A DNA stretch of 63,976 nucleotides, filler included, from Craspedostauros australis (GCA_030167865.1; 5 parts of 5 records of this genome joined end to end with filler, not necessarily neighbours in it); one strand, 5' to 3'; shown: positions 11,910 to 23,646, counted from the first letter of the whole stretch. Made by a program: numbers and translations. Notes: generated by a model from the letters alone, not told the origin.

Positions 11910-13240
11910 TCACTTCTGCACACCCATCTCCTCGTCACTCTCGGCGGCACTGTCGTTCTCCACCTGGTTTAACTTGTTCATGGCAGCAGTCTCCATGCGA
12001 AGGGCAGACTCAAAGACGGCGGCGGCGTCGTCGTTGCTGCACGAATTGATCTCCTCACGGAGTCCCTTGATGTTCGACAGGATACGCTCGCGGCGGACGG
12101 AGTACGACTCATTCTATGCGGCGAAGGACCTTGCAGATGCAGGTATTCCTATGGAACGGCTGTGGAACTTGTCTCACCGACAAGCACGTTGGTTCTGACA
12201 TGCAGGTTGCGGTTGCTCTGGTGGTCTGGCTTCATGCCGGCGGCACGCTCCTCTGGGGTGCCGATGTACACCTCATCGAGATGGAAGCCAGAGACAGCCT
12301 TGTGGACGGAGGCAAGGACCCAGGCTCCGGAGCAGATACCGGCGGCTTCCAACAACAGAAAGAACTGGAGGAAGATGTAGACGATTGGGTTGGAGAGGAA
12401 GGCGATTGGGAAGACGGATGCAACCAGCTGCCATGTGATGGAGGCGATGATGGTGGTGATGAGGGCTCCAAGAAGTCCAGTGTTGAAGAATTCCTGGGTA
12501 CTGTCGGAGGCTCCGAAGATGTTCTCGCCAGTTCCGACCTTGACATCGAGGGTGGTGACACGGGCGAAGAAGGCGATCTACATACCCTCGAGCATACCCA
12601 CGATGGACATGGGGGAGGGGGGAGGATGACGGCGACTCTGTTTGGCACTCCGGCCCACATGGTAGTCTTTCCATCGAACAGGGCGACGAGGGTGACGGCC
12701 ATGGCGTAGCACAGGATGGCTAGAGCGATGAGGATGCGGCCCCAGTAGAAGAGGTTCTGGGCACCGTCGCGTGGTGGTTCCTTCGACTTGATGTACTTGC
12801 CGAATACCCAGAGGAAGAACATCTGGACGAAGTAGCACGAATGCAGAAGTCCGGAGAACTCGATGGCGAGGGCGACATAGAGGGTGAAGACGGCGAAGAA
12901 ATTGTTGCTGTAATCAAGCATGCAGAGGGAGGCGTTGACTTGGGAGTTGAGCTGTCCGGCCATGGCGATCATGAGGATCATGGTGGCTTCGGATCCGAGG
13001 AAGATCTGGATGATGATGGCTGGGAGACCGAAGACCTCGGCGTCCTCGAGCGGGGCACCGCACTGGTTGATGGTGAAGACCATGAGGAGGACCATGAACT
13101 GACGTCCCATGAGGTAGCGGTCGACAGACGGGAGACCGACAAGGGAACCCTGTCCTTGTTGGTGTCAGCATCAATTCATGATGAGGACAAAGATGATGGC
13201 TCGGCCGGAGACCAACTGGATGGAACGGCGATCATGAGGA
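11910..13240 (-). pseudogene. SIT: Diatom silicon transporter pseudogene
   Basis: GQGSLVGLPSVDRYLMGRQFMV; GQLNSQVNASLCMLDY; GMLEGM*IAFFA; FFNTGLLGALITTIIASITWQLVAS; DEVYIGTPEER; C-terminal coiled coil ending at TGA 11910-11912. Frameshift near 12615, TAG at 12578-12580, two internal deletions, no intact 5' end. Confidence 0.93.
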
Positions 13241-14122
13241 CTCCGCTGTTTGCTTCGATCGGTTGTTCTTCATCGCCTTGATAGCATACAAGGTGGTGCC
13301 TGCCAGCGCTACGGTACGGACAGCGGCGCGACGATCATGATCGATGCTGATGATGACTGTTGTGCGGATTTGGGAGTTGTTGTGTTGGATAGTGTTGCGA
13401 TGGTTTGTGTTGCCTTGTATTGGTACTGGGATGTCCTCTCTTTCTCTTTTTGGATGCTGCTGCATTCAATCGCAAGTTCGAACAGATTGGCGTTCTATCC
13501 ACACATGTCGGATTGGATGGGGAAGACAGCAGATTTGTTTCTTCATCATGTTCATCGCACGTTCATGATCATCGTATTGGTTGCTCTTTGGAAAATGTCA
13601 AAATTGTGTCCGTTGGAGATTGTTTCGTGTTGCAGGTCGGCTGGCGTGTTGGTGTTCGTTGTTTGAAATTGAACACGGAAACGAAACGCATGTCACGAAC
13701 ATGTGGAGACACACGACAATGACGAATGGAGCTCTGGAGATCAACACACACCCCTTATTGCTCACTCATGTCAACCCAAACCGAATCAAACGCAAAGAGA
13801 GAGACCTGCACTTCTACTTGCTCAACCGAATACGCTCACATCATACATGCACAGAGTCGAGTACTATACACCACACTGCGTCGCATTGCATTGAGACAAA
13901 AGTGCAGGCGCGAAGCGAGGAGTGCTGGGCAAGTGCTATCCGTCGTCGCTGTGATGAATGGAGGCGTGAGGTGATGGCAATCGGCAGGCGCAAGCAGCAA
14001 TAGAGAGGCAGATAGAGAGATACAGTGCAGCACGTCCACTTCTCCTGTCATAATCAAGACGCAAATCGGATGGATAGAGTCCAACGAAGAAGAAGACGAA
14101 GAAGAAGGAGACGGTCAATCAA

Positions 14123-15631
14123 ATGATGTGGCGCATCACAACCATCCGCGCGCTGCTTCTGTGGTGCGCATCACTTTCACAAGTCACCGTTGCCAATGTG
14201 GTCAAAGATAACAATGGCAGTAACACAGTCGCAGCCACCTCCACCATCACTCAAGACGATTCCATCATGGCATTGAAGGATTGGTTGATGAGGAATGGCG
14301 CATTGTTCACGGATCGCATAGAAATCCGCCATTTGGTGGAGGACGACCCCACCAGCGTCCGCGGCATGTTCGCAAAGGAGGAGATCTCCCAAGGGCACGT
14401 GCTGTTCACGATCCCGTACCATCTCTTCATCGTGCCCGAAGACGAAGAGTCCGATGATCCCTGCGAGACGATCGATGTGCTGTACCGGCAATTCCAACTG
14501 CCCGAAGAGGAAATGACGCCGTACGCAAAATACTTGAAGGGGCAGCCACAACGATACTTACCATCGCTATGGTCCGATGCCGGCAAGCAGATGCTTGGCG
14601 AACTGCTCGATGCCGGCAATGCGGACACGCCGTATCCGCAAGTCGTCGATGCCGAGGACTACTACAGCGACAAATGCGAAGTGGAAGATGCTGACGATTT
14701 GTACATCCATGCTTGGATGATCGTGACGGCGCGCGGCGATGATTACCGGCTGACACCCTTCTACGACATGGCCAATCACCGCAACGGCCATCATTACAAC
14801 ACAAAGACCCTCGTGGGAGACGAAAGCGCTCTGTCCATGGTCACCAATCGCAATATTGCCAAGAACGAACAAATTCACAACAGCTACAACATGTGCAATG
14901 AATGTGGCAACCGCTCGCATTGGCATGACACGCTGTGGATGTTTCGCGGCTACGGCTTTGTCGAGATGTACCCTCGTCGACTCGTGTTGGAAAACGAGGA
15001 GGTGAGATTGAAGTTCACCATCGATAAGAACGAAACGACAGGGCAGCTCGTGGTAGATTTTGCCGTTCCCGTTGGTGAGAGCGTCGTCAAATTCTTCAAT
15101 GATGAGATGGAACGGCTGATTCAATTTCGAAACAAGCACTATGGCGAAGACACCGTGTCCTTGTCATCCTCGTCGTCGTCAGCATTATCATCGACTACGT
15201 TCCTTGGAAAGAAACCTGATGCAATGCCGTTGTTAGAGTGGCAGAATATCGGCGAGCTCTGGGCTGCTTTGTACGAAGCGTATGTCACAGCCAACGAGGC
15301 AGCGTCGACCATGGATCTATCCGAAGAGGTTTGGGAGATGGGAGAGGAATGGTACGCGCCGGAATCAGAAGAAGAAGATGATGATGACGATAACTACGAC
15401 GATGATAACTACGAGTACGAGAACGAAAATGCATACTCATACGGGCATGACACATTCGAGCACCACGACCATGCAGACGACTATGACTACGACACGCAAT
15501 CGGATAATATGTCCCATGAATACGATGGTGGGGAGAGCACCGACGATGAAGTTCTTGCAGAAGACTCAAACCATGAGAAGCATCCCTGGAATCAGCGTCA
15601 CCATTCAGCCTCTCAACATGACGAGCTGTGA
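14123..15631 (+). CDS. ER-lumenal SET-domain protein methyltransferase (LSMT-like; BacSET-like)
   Basis: Signal peptide MMWRITTIRALLLWCASLSQVTVA; RGMFA..I..G motif; PFYDMANH; IHNSY; YGFVE; acidic D/E/Y/H tail ending HDEL. Confidence 0.88.
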   Translation: MMWRITTIRALLLWCASLSQVTVANVVKDNNGSNTVAATSTITQDDSIMALKDWLMRNGALFTDRIEIRHLVEDDPTSVRGMFAKEEISQGHVLFTIPYHLFIVPEDEESDDPCETIDVLYRQFQLPEEEMTPYAKYLKGQPQRYLPSLWSDAGKQMLGELLDAGNADTPYPQVVDAEDYYSDKCEVEDADDLYIHAWMIVTARGDDYRLTPFYDMANHRNGHHYNTKTLVGDESALSMVTNRNIAKNEQIHNSYNMCNECGNRSHWHDTLWMFRGYGFVEMYPRRLVLENEEVRLKFTIDKNETTGQLVVDFAVPVGESVVKFFNDEMERLIQFRNKHYGEDTVSLSSSSSSALSSTTFLGKKPDAMPLLEWQNIGELWAALYEAYVTANEAASTMDLSEEVWEMGEEWYAPESEEEDDDDDNYDDDNYEYENENAYSYGHDTFEHHDHADDYDYDTQSDNMSHEYDGGESTDDEVLAEDSNHEKHPWNQRHHSASQHDEL

Positions 15632-15824
15632 AATGGACTATAATATTATACAATACAATATTGGAGTATTCCATTGGTAGAGAATAGTGTTGGCTATTGC
15701 TAGTGTTTGAATTGAATGGTACAACTACGACTATTGCATTTGCCGCGACGGAAGTCCATTTCGTGTATTGGTTGACTCCGAAGTGTGGATGCTATTGTTG
15801 CGTTGCCGTTGTCGCTGACGCGAT

Positions 15825-17390
15825 TCATCGATGCGGTTTCTTGACTGTCCGTTTGCCAGGCAAGATGATCTTTGGGCGCTTCCGCTGGTGATGCGGCCTT
15901 TGGTTGGTCGCAACTGGAGGCGTGGAACTGACGAACACGACCTCGGGGTCGTCGCCTTGCCCCGCAGCCGCAGCCCGCTGATTCGGGCGATGGTCGTGAA
16001 GTACCAACGGGCCTCTTGGTCTTGGCCTTGTGGTTTGTGGGTTCGCGCGCGTGGACTGTGATTGCCGTCCTCCTCGCTCGCGGTGTTGCGGTTGTACAGC
16101 TCTTCTGTCTCTCTCACGGCGCTGCGATTGCATGCTTCTATCCTCTCGCTCACGCTGTTGCGGCTGCATGGCTCTTCCCTCTCGCTCACGGCGCTGGTGT
16201 GGCCGCATGCTTCTATCTTCTCGCTCTCGCCGTTGCGGTCGTCGCACAACGTTGGACGGACGATTGTCGTCCATCCGGGGACGCTTCCGTGCTGCGGTTG
16301 GGTTCAAAGTGCTTCTTGGTGTCTTGACGACTTGAAGAAATTCAATGTCCGAGTCGTCGCCATCATCATTGTCGTCGTCCGCGCTGCTGTTGGTGACAGA
16401 CGCGCTTCTGCCTCCGCGCGGGGATTCAATGGCTTTCTGCAAACTACGCGACATTTCCGTGGCGGCACCAGGACTTCGGTTGACGTGGCTCCTTGCACGT
16501 CCGGAGCGTTCGTATGTCGATGATATGCGTGCCGCCTTTGCTCTTGATTTCTTGCGTGCCGCTTCCGGTGACGGTGTTTTCACTGCTGCCGTCATGACCG
16601 TTCTCGATCTTTTAGGTGCGGCTGCTGCTGATGTTTGTAATCGTGCTGCAGATGGTGTTTTCGATTTCTTGGCAACATTTCTCACTGCGTACGATTCCAT
16701 CCCATGCGAAGATGCCGTGAACCTCGAGGCAGCTCTGTTCTTTTCTCGTTTGACCCCTATCAGCCGTGCAAGGCCCGATGACTGACCATCACCTCGAGCT
16801 TTCTCACTGGCAAAGCGACGTACACCAATTGCAGTGTCATCGTCCACATCGATGGCATCATTCTGAGAACTTCCTCCAATACCATTGCCATTGCCATTGT
16901 AATAATAAAAATCATCATCATCATCATCATCAATGATGGCGAATTCTGCATTTGCACCCGTGGCGTTGCCACCACCACCATTGTCCTCGTCTTCATCCAC
17001 ACCGATGATCTCCTGCACGTCATCGCCATCACTATCATCATCCGCAAAGATCGACGACGGAAAGTTGGGAATCTTCATCATTTCCCACAGCGATAGCTCC
17101 TTCAGCAAACAGTACATGGCATGTTCATTGTCGCGCTTCTCGTAGTAGTCGTACTCCTTCTTGAGACGGATGTAGGCCGCCGTCCGCGTCTCCAAGATGG
17201 CCGGACTCACGCGCTGCCGCAATCGCATGCCGCCTCCCAGCTCGGGATTCTTGAGGACCCTCGGCGTCGTGTAATGCTTCTGCAGCACGTCGAAATCCTG
17301 CGCGTCGAAGGCGTACTTCAGCAGCCGGCAGCGGCGTTTGCGCGTCACGCCGCTGGCCACGACATCGGGGCGGCTGTCATTGTGGCTCAT
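15825..17390 (-). CDS. Hypothetical largely disordered protein
   Basis: 521-aa ATG ORF; globular-looking N-terminus, acidic middle, basic C-terminus with QRREREDRxM tandem repeats (16060-16240) and SIM-like IEFL/VVFV motifs. Confidence 0.65.
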   Translation of the reverse strand: MSHNDSRPDVVASGVTRKRRCRLLKYAFDAQDFDVLQKHYTTPRVLKNPELGGGMRLRQRVSPAILETRTAAYIRLKKEYDYYEKRDNEHAMYCLLKELSLWEMMKIPNFPSSIFADDDSDGDDVQEIIGVDEDEDNGGGGNATGANAEFAIIDDDDDDDFYYYNGNGNGIGGSSQNDAIDVDDDTAIGVRRFASEKARGDGQSSGLARLIGVKREKNRAASRFTASSHGMESYAVRNVAKKSKTPSAARLQTSAAAAPKRSRTVMTAAVKTPSPEAARKKSRAKAARISSTYERSGRARSHVNRSPGAATEMSRSLQKAIESPRGGRSASVTNSSADDDNDDGDDSDIEFLQVVKTPRSTLNPTAARKRPRMDDNRPSNVVRRPQRREREDRSMRPHQRREREGRAMQPQQREREDRSMQSQRRERDRRAVQPQHRERGGRQSQSTRANPQTTRPRPRGPLVLHDHRPNQRAAAAGQGDDPEVVFVSSTPPVATNQRPHHQRKRPKIILPGKRTVKKPHR

Positions 17391-17856
17391 TGGGTTGGCG
17401 TTGGAAAGGTTGGGGTCGTATAATAGCTATTCTATAATATATTATATTTTGGAGACACCAGCAGCTTCAGTCTCAAAAGGTATCCACAAACACCCTCGAT
17501 GTTGCCTCTTTGCGAACATCGAATGGCTCGTCTTCTTCGTGGTGCGATGAGTTTGCCACCGAGCGTGTTTCTCAATCGTGGACACGCTGTGCAAGCGTGG
17601 TTTGCGTTGTTGGCGTGAGATCCAATCACGAGTTGGACTTCCGTTCATGAAACTCAATGGAGACGCAGAGTATGTGTGTGGAGCGTGGACGAATGTAGAC
17701 GTCGAAAGGCAGCCGCGGACGATGTGAACATACTCGTTTGATACTACTACGATTGTTCCGAATGCCCTGCGCTCTCATCTAAAGTATGCATATTGCACAA
17801 TAAAATGTAATATTATATTATACTTGAGCAGAATATTACTTCCAATACAGTTGCAT

Positions 17857-20480
17857 TCAATCCACCGGCAAACACTTGACGACTTCCCGTTTCTGGATGG
17901 GCGCACGGAACAACGGATGCTCGCACAGCAGCGGTATCGATACGTCCGCGATGTAGTGGCATGTGCTGTCCTCCTTCACGTTCATCTTCATCGCCGGGCC
18001 GCAGTAGAAGCGAACCGACGTGGCGCGTTCGATGCCGCCCTTGCCAACTTCGCCGGCCTTGATGGCGGAGTCCGTCACGTCGGGGTGTTCGCACGCATCG
18101 CCGTGCGTGTATTCGATGGGGAAGTAGGCGCCGTTTCCGCCGTACTTGTTCTTGCCTTTGATCATGTTCCTTCGGCTGTTGCTGCCGCCCATGTTCGGAG
18201 TCTTGCTGTCCTTCGCTTTGCCCAAATGCAGATCGAATGGGTGCGTTGCGTTCACTACTATCTCCCAATCTTCCAGTTGCGCTTCGTCGGGCTGCTCGAC
18301 ATCTCTCGTGGGAGTGTCTTTACCATCAGCAGTCTGCCTATCGGTGCCATCGCTGGCACGAATTTCATCGGCAATTTTATCGAGCTCAGGGTTTTTGCGG
18401 AAGTGCGCATCGAATCCCAAGTAATGCTGGGTGTCCACCTCCGAGGATGTTGCGCCAGTCATGCGATCCATGACCGTCGTTTCATGGAACTGTCGCAAGT
18501 GCTTCTTGAAGCACAGCTCGTACACCCACCTGCGATTGGCCGGGGCGTAGGCAGAGTCGGACAGAGCAGAGTGTAGTACGGTAAAAGAATATATGCGTAG
18601 TATGGACCCGCATGCGAATGCACCACGAATCCGTGCAAGAGAGCGACACACGCACAGACAGAGAGAGAGAGAGAGAGAGGGAGAGACAACGTGCATCTGT
18701 GTGAGCGATATCCATCACCCTTCTCCACCGTGACACACTCACATCCATACAAGTTCACATCCGCACATATTCACATTCACAAACACCCAACACGCCCCAT
18801 TCCCACGTACCAACCGCCCGTCCCAACCTGCAAACACCCCGCCTGACCTCCACCAAAGGTCGCCTCGAGAACCTCCTGCACGGTCATTTCGGCCACATCC
18901 AAGTTTTCATCCGATCGAAATGACACAAGCGACTCTTCGCCCTGCTGCGCGCGTTGACGCGAGTTGCGCAACGTGCTGAGGTGCGGCACTTCTCTCTCGT
19001 GTCCCTTCTTGGCGCACAGCAGTCGCGTGCAGACGGTGACATCGTAGGAGCAGACGCCCTTCTTCTCTGCGACGGGTTCGGGTATGCCCGCGATGGGCTC
19101 CGGCAGCGGTTGGTTATGAATCAGCACGCCGGCCTTGAACTGTTTCATCGTCTCTTCGGAACAGCATCGCACTGTGACTTCGGTGCGGCGCGGTTTTCCG
19201 GTTTCGGGACAGACGTCGCCATCGATGAAGATGTCGGTGACTTTGGCGATGCCCTCGGACAGGGGATCGTACTTGTGCTCGTCCTCCAAGTGCCTTTGCT
19301 TGGCATGATTGCGCACCACCCTGCGGACCGTTTCTGTACGAATAATCTGGCCATCGGCAACGGTGATCGTGGCGGCCTTGCGGCTCGTTGCCACGTTCGG
19401 CTTCCTGGGGTCATCGTCGGCCAGCTCCGTGATGAAGATGATGCGACGATCGAAGATGCCGAGGTTGGTGACGTCTTGGATCTCCAGTTCACGGTGCCGC
19501 GGCGATTCATTGATGTGGATGTGGAATTGGGACATCTTGTTGCTGTGGCACCATTCGTAAGACCACCAGCCGCGGTGTGTCTGGGCGCAGACGCCTTCCA
19601 GCTCCGCGAGGCGTTGCGAGACGGCTGCCACCTTGGTCACGAAATCTTCTTGCATGTGTTTCTGCGTCGACGTGATGCTCACATTATCCACCACCCTCTT
19701 TTGTTCTTGCGGATCATTTGGTTGCTGCTCCTGTTGTCGCTGTTGTTGGTTCTGCTGCTGCTCCTCTTGCATTTGAGCCTCCCTCTGTTGTTGATTCTGC
19801 TGCTGGTTCTGCTGCTGCGAAGCATCCTCCCCACCCTGCTGGTCGTGGTTCACATCTCCCTGATCAACACCATCACCCGGCAATGGATCGTCGGCACCAA
19901 CCGCCACCTCACTGAATGTCTTGGGATCCAGAGGCACCGGCTGCGGCCTCGGTCCTCCATCTTCCGTCGTCGCTCCATCGGATGCCTGCCCATCGCGCTC
20001 GCTGACCCCAATCCCGCGCGGCCCCGCCGCATCATGCTTCTTGGGACGCTTGCTGGAAGACTTGCTCGCGGAAGACTTGGACTTCTTGTGCATGACCTCG
20101 CCCTGCGCCGCCGCCTGCGTCTTGAGCACGGCCACATCGAACATGCTGTCCTGCAACGACGACGCTTCGAGCTCATCCTCGTGGTAGACGCGACACACGA
20201 ACGCGCGGCCGTGCGTATCGCGAATGACGGACGTGGTGTACTGCGGCACGAAGTCCTCGAGAGCGACGTCCGACAGCGATGGCGGCAACGGCAGCGGCAG
20301 CTTGGCCAACCGGCTTGCCGTGCTGCGCGCGTATCCGCCCAGGGGTGCGCCATGCAGGCTCTGCGGGTCCAGCACGCCGAAGTCGTACTCCTCCAGCTCC
20401 GGGAAGAACGAATCCGTGTACTTGTGCGCTTCTATCGTTGCGCACAGCGCCGCAACAGCCACTCCAATTGCGTGGTGCAT
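17857..20480 (-). CDS. OS-9/ERLEC1 (XTP3-B)-like ER lectin with two MRH (PRKCSH) domains, 2 exons
   Basis: Signal peptide MHHAIGVAVAALCATIEA; MRH1 GWWSYEWCH..QFH..GDVCPETGKPRRTEV..C; intron 18530-18810 (gtacgt..cgcag) restores GGWWVYELCF..QFH..YTHGDAC..R..VRFYC..E.STCHY..LLCEHPLF. Confidence 0.88.
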
Positions 20481-21134
20481 CGTGTTCTCGGGTGTCCCTG
20501 TCTCTGCCACGCACGGTACTCGCGGTATCGTTCTGTCTTCAACTGGTTGGTTTGCAGCACTTTTGAGAATGCATCATCATGCCTCCTCTTGGTATCGTTG
20601 CGTGTGGTCCAGCGACGCAACTCGAAAAGAAGATCGTTTCCGCCATGGTCGATTCGTCTTCTTCGGTGTTCTCTGTGTTGGTGTTTTGTTGCAGATCGTT
20701 GGTCGGATGGGTCAAAGGCTGAAATCAGTTGAGTCCATTGGATCGATCCACGTCCCACGATCTTCCCCAATCGTGTTGTGTACTCTCCAAACGTGTCATG
20801 CACACCATTGTCGAACCTTCATCAAACGATTGTGGCACAACTGCACAGGCCAGGATTACGAGTGTGGCGGAACCATGCCTTGACTATTGTCAAGAGCACT
20901 GATTCTAATGGACTGGTACTATACGCATATGATCAGGATGGTCGGGTACAGTGTGTATGTATGTATGCATGTTAGAATAGAATACTGGGTGATTCCACCG
21001 AATTGGAGATGCTCCAATTGCTGCGCTGCTCTCTCTCTCTCTCTGTGGAGCTCTGTGTACTTCACAATAACTTCCACAAGATTGAGTATGCTCAACTGCG
21101 ACTCGCGATATGTAGAATACGGACCATCATGGTA

Positions 21135-23072
21135 TCATAGCAGGACGCACAATGCCGCCGATGCAATAGTGACAATAGCAAAGCTCCAGCCGCATTGGCC
21201 CCCCGCAAGTATGGCGGAGCTATCATCCACTGGAAACTTGCCCTTCGGTTCGCCGGCGATGCCCAATGGATCGAAGACGACCTTGCCGTTGAATACGGTC
21301 ATCTCCACACGAGCATCGGACGCAATCTTGCGCGTGTCCGCAAACTCGATGAAGTTGTCAGAGATTATCGCCAGATCTGCGAACTTGCCCACCTCGATGC
21401 TGCCGGCGCCTGTTCCGATCGTCTCTCCCGGAATCCTCGTCATGAGCGGTAGCACGGTCTCAACATCAGCAAAGGATTTGCCGGATGGTCGGTTCAACAG
21501 CGTCTCGATCTTCAAGAGGGGTGACAGGATGTCGGCATCCCAGTCGCTGCTGATCGTCACGGTGGCACCCGCCTCGTGGATCTCCACAGCGGGCAGCAGG
21601 CGACTCGCCCGTTGCGTGCCGATCAGCTCGTCCGAGGCAAATTTGGTGAACTCCCTCGAAACGCTGGATGGAGCGATCTGAAAATCCATCACGGCACCAA
21701 TCTCGGCAGCCTTGCCGTACACGCTGGGATCCACCATGTAGCAATGCGTCAATCGGTGCGGCAGGCTTGGCTTCGTCGCGGACTCCATCTCATTCACCTT
21801 CTCGATGGCGTTCAAGGCGAGCAGCGCCGCGCGGTCGCCCACCACATGGTAATTCAGTTGGAATCCGGCATGCGCTAACTCCATCGAAACATTGAAGAGG
21901 TTTGCGGAGTCTCCGAAGTACTCGAAACCGAACCGGTCCGCCTGCGGCAAGTCGTCGGCAAAGAGGTATTCCTGTTCCAGCGCCGCCGTCTGCAATCCCA
22001 GAATCCCATCGACGTACACCTTCGCGTGATTCAAACTGCTCAACTTGCTGGGGTCGTTCGTGAACCGTTGCTTCAGGTCTGGCAGCTGCTCGCCGATGGG
22101 CACATCAGGGTACACGTAGAGCGCATTCTTCGCGCGCACGGTGAGCACGTTGTTCTTCTCGGCACGCGCCCATGACTCCACCTGGGCCTGCCTCCAGAAA
22201 CCTCCGGCGTCCGATACGCTCGTGATACCGTTTGCTGCCAACGTCTCCAGCGCTTGCAGCAGAGACCTGTAGGCAGTGTCCTGGTTCGTTGTGGAGCTGG
22301 CCGGGAACGCGGCATCGCGCAGCTTTTGTTGCGCATTCTCCAGGACGATGCCGGTGAGCTCGTTTGTCCTTGTGGGGTGACGGTTCAAGACGCCGCCCAC
22401 CGGATTGCCCTGCATGGTCGTGTATCCCGCAATCTCCAAGGCCTTCGTGTTGGCAACGGCGCCATGGCCCAAATTATCCAGGATGAGGACGGGGTCGTTT
22501 GGAAATGCCTTGTCCAGAATTTGACGCGGCGTGTCTCTGTTGGGGTTCGAAGCGATCTCGTTGAGAACGTATGAAATGTCGATGCCTCCACCGACGTACC
22601 ATCCCTGATCGGCGAATCTGCCACCATCCTCACAATCCTCAAAGTAGAACTCCAGCTCGTCGAAACGCGATTTTTCATCGAAGAAACAGACGCCTTCGTT
22701 GACCCCAGCCTCCACAGCATGCAGATGGATGTCCTGGAAGCCGGGAAGGACCAGCCTCCCAGCTAAATCCACCGTAAGGATTGAAGCATCCGTGCTGCCC
22801 GTCGATGTTGATGCCACGGCATTCTCAGCTTCCTCGTTGACTTCGGCATCTGTTCCAACGGCCACAATCCTGCCGCTGTCTGTGTCATAGGCAACCGCAT
22901 CGGCCCACTGATTGTCGCTGCTGCCGCCTTGTTGAGACGGTGCGGTGACTTTGTACACCCTGGCATTTGTAAGGATCGTCACTTGGGCTCGACAGCACCT
23001 GGTGGAAGGACTTAAGCAGCATGCGTACGCCAATGCACAGACCTGCGCCGCTCGCTGCCAACGTCTCGTCAT
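21135..23072 (-). CDS. Amidohydrolase family 3 (YtcJ-like), secreted and probably membrane/GPI-anchored
   Basis: VDLAGRLVLPGFQDIHLH, KVYVDG, HVVGD, RLTHC, SSDW, GSIEVGKFADLAI motifs; hydrophobic N-terminus and DDSSA...hydrophobic C-terminus; intronless. Confidence 0.9.
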   Translation of the reverse strand: MTRRWQRAAQVCALAYACCLSPSTRCCRAQVTILTNARVYKVTAPSQQGGSSDNQWADAVAYDTDSGRIVAVGTDAEVNEEAENAVASTSTGSTDASILTVDLAGRLVLPGFQDIHLHAVEAGVNEGVCFFDEKSRFDELEFYFEDCEDGGRFADQGWYVGGGIDISYVLNEIASNPNRDTPRQILDKAFPNDPVLILDNLGHGAVANTKALEIAGYTTMQGNPVGGVLNRHPTRTNELTGIVLENAQQKLRDAAFPASSTTNQDTAYRSLLQALETLAANGITSVSDAGGFWRQAQVESWARAEKNNVLTVRAKNALYVYPDVPIGEQLPDLKQRFTNDPSKLSSLNHAKVYVDGILGLQTAALEQEYLFADDLPQADRFGFEYFGDSANLFNVSMELAHAGFQLNYHVVGDRAALLALNAIEKVNEMESATKPSLPHRLTHCYMVDPSVYGKAAEIGAVMDFQIAPSSVSREFTKFASDELIGTQRASRLLPAVEIHEAGATVTISSDWDADILSPLLKIETLLNRPSGKSFADVETVLPLMTRIPGETIGTGAGSIEVGKFADLAIISDNFIEFADTRKIASDARVEMTVFNGKVVFDPLGIAGEPKGKFPVDDSSAILAGGQCGWSFAIVTIASAALCVLL

Positions 23073-23646
23073 GTCGAAGGATAAAGTTACACTGTGTGCG
23101 TCCTTGCGTCCGTTCCTACGAGCGGAGTACTCTCCTTGGAGTTGGCGGGCCACGATACGTGTGGAAGAGCGTTTAACACTGCACTATGATATGCTATGCT
23201 ATGCTATGCTATCCTATGCTGATGATGATGTTGGGGATAATGTTGGTGATAATGTTGATGGCCGTGTGGTACGTTCACGACGACCAAGATGACCAAGAGA
23301 AGGAGCAGGAGATTGTCGAAATTCCCCGTAGTCCTAAAAGTAACGTGCTCCTGTAACGCTCAGGAGTGATCGATCATGCGCTTGCCACGTTGACGATAGG
23401 GGGGTATTTGTTGTTTCTGTACTCTATTTTGGTTCAGTCCCGTACAATCGGGAATTACTGATGTCACACATTTCGACACCCTCCCTAATTCGCGATTTGT
23501 ACTCGATGATTGGTTGGTTGGTTGTTGTGCTTGTCCGTCTCTGTGTGTCTTCTTCTGGGGTTGTTGGGCCTTCAGCTTCTCTCTTGCACTCTGCTTGAAA
23601 CCGTTGTCACGTTCCTTTTTCGTATACCGCTGATGCAAGCGGTCGC

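Noticed and set aside
12232..12620. Pro/Ser-rich C-terminus of the 292-aa SIT ORF as a novel SIT variant
   Set aside because: It is out-of-frame read-through after the frameshift near 12615; SIT motifs continue in another frame.
18954..20732. 592-aa plus-strand ORF and similar long antisense ORFs (26659-27921, 33957-35126)
   Set aside because: Shadow frames of genuine opposite-strand genes, with no recognisable motifs.
14123..23072. Operon-like secretory-pathway cluster (SET, MRH lectin, amidohydrolase)
   Set aside because: Mixed orientations, an unrelated gene in between and no shared motif seen; signal-peptide genes are common enough for chance adjacency.
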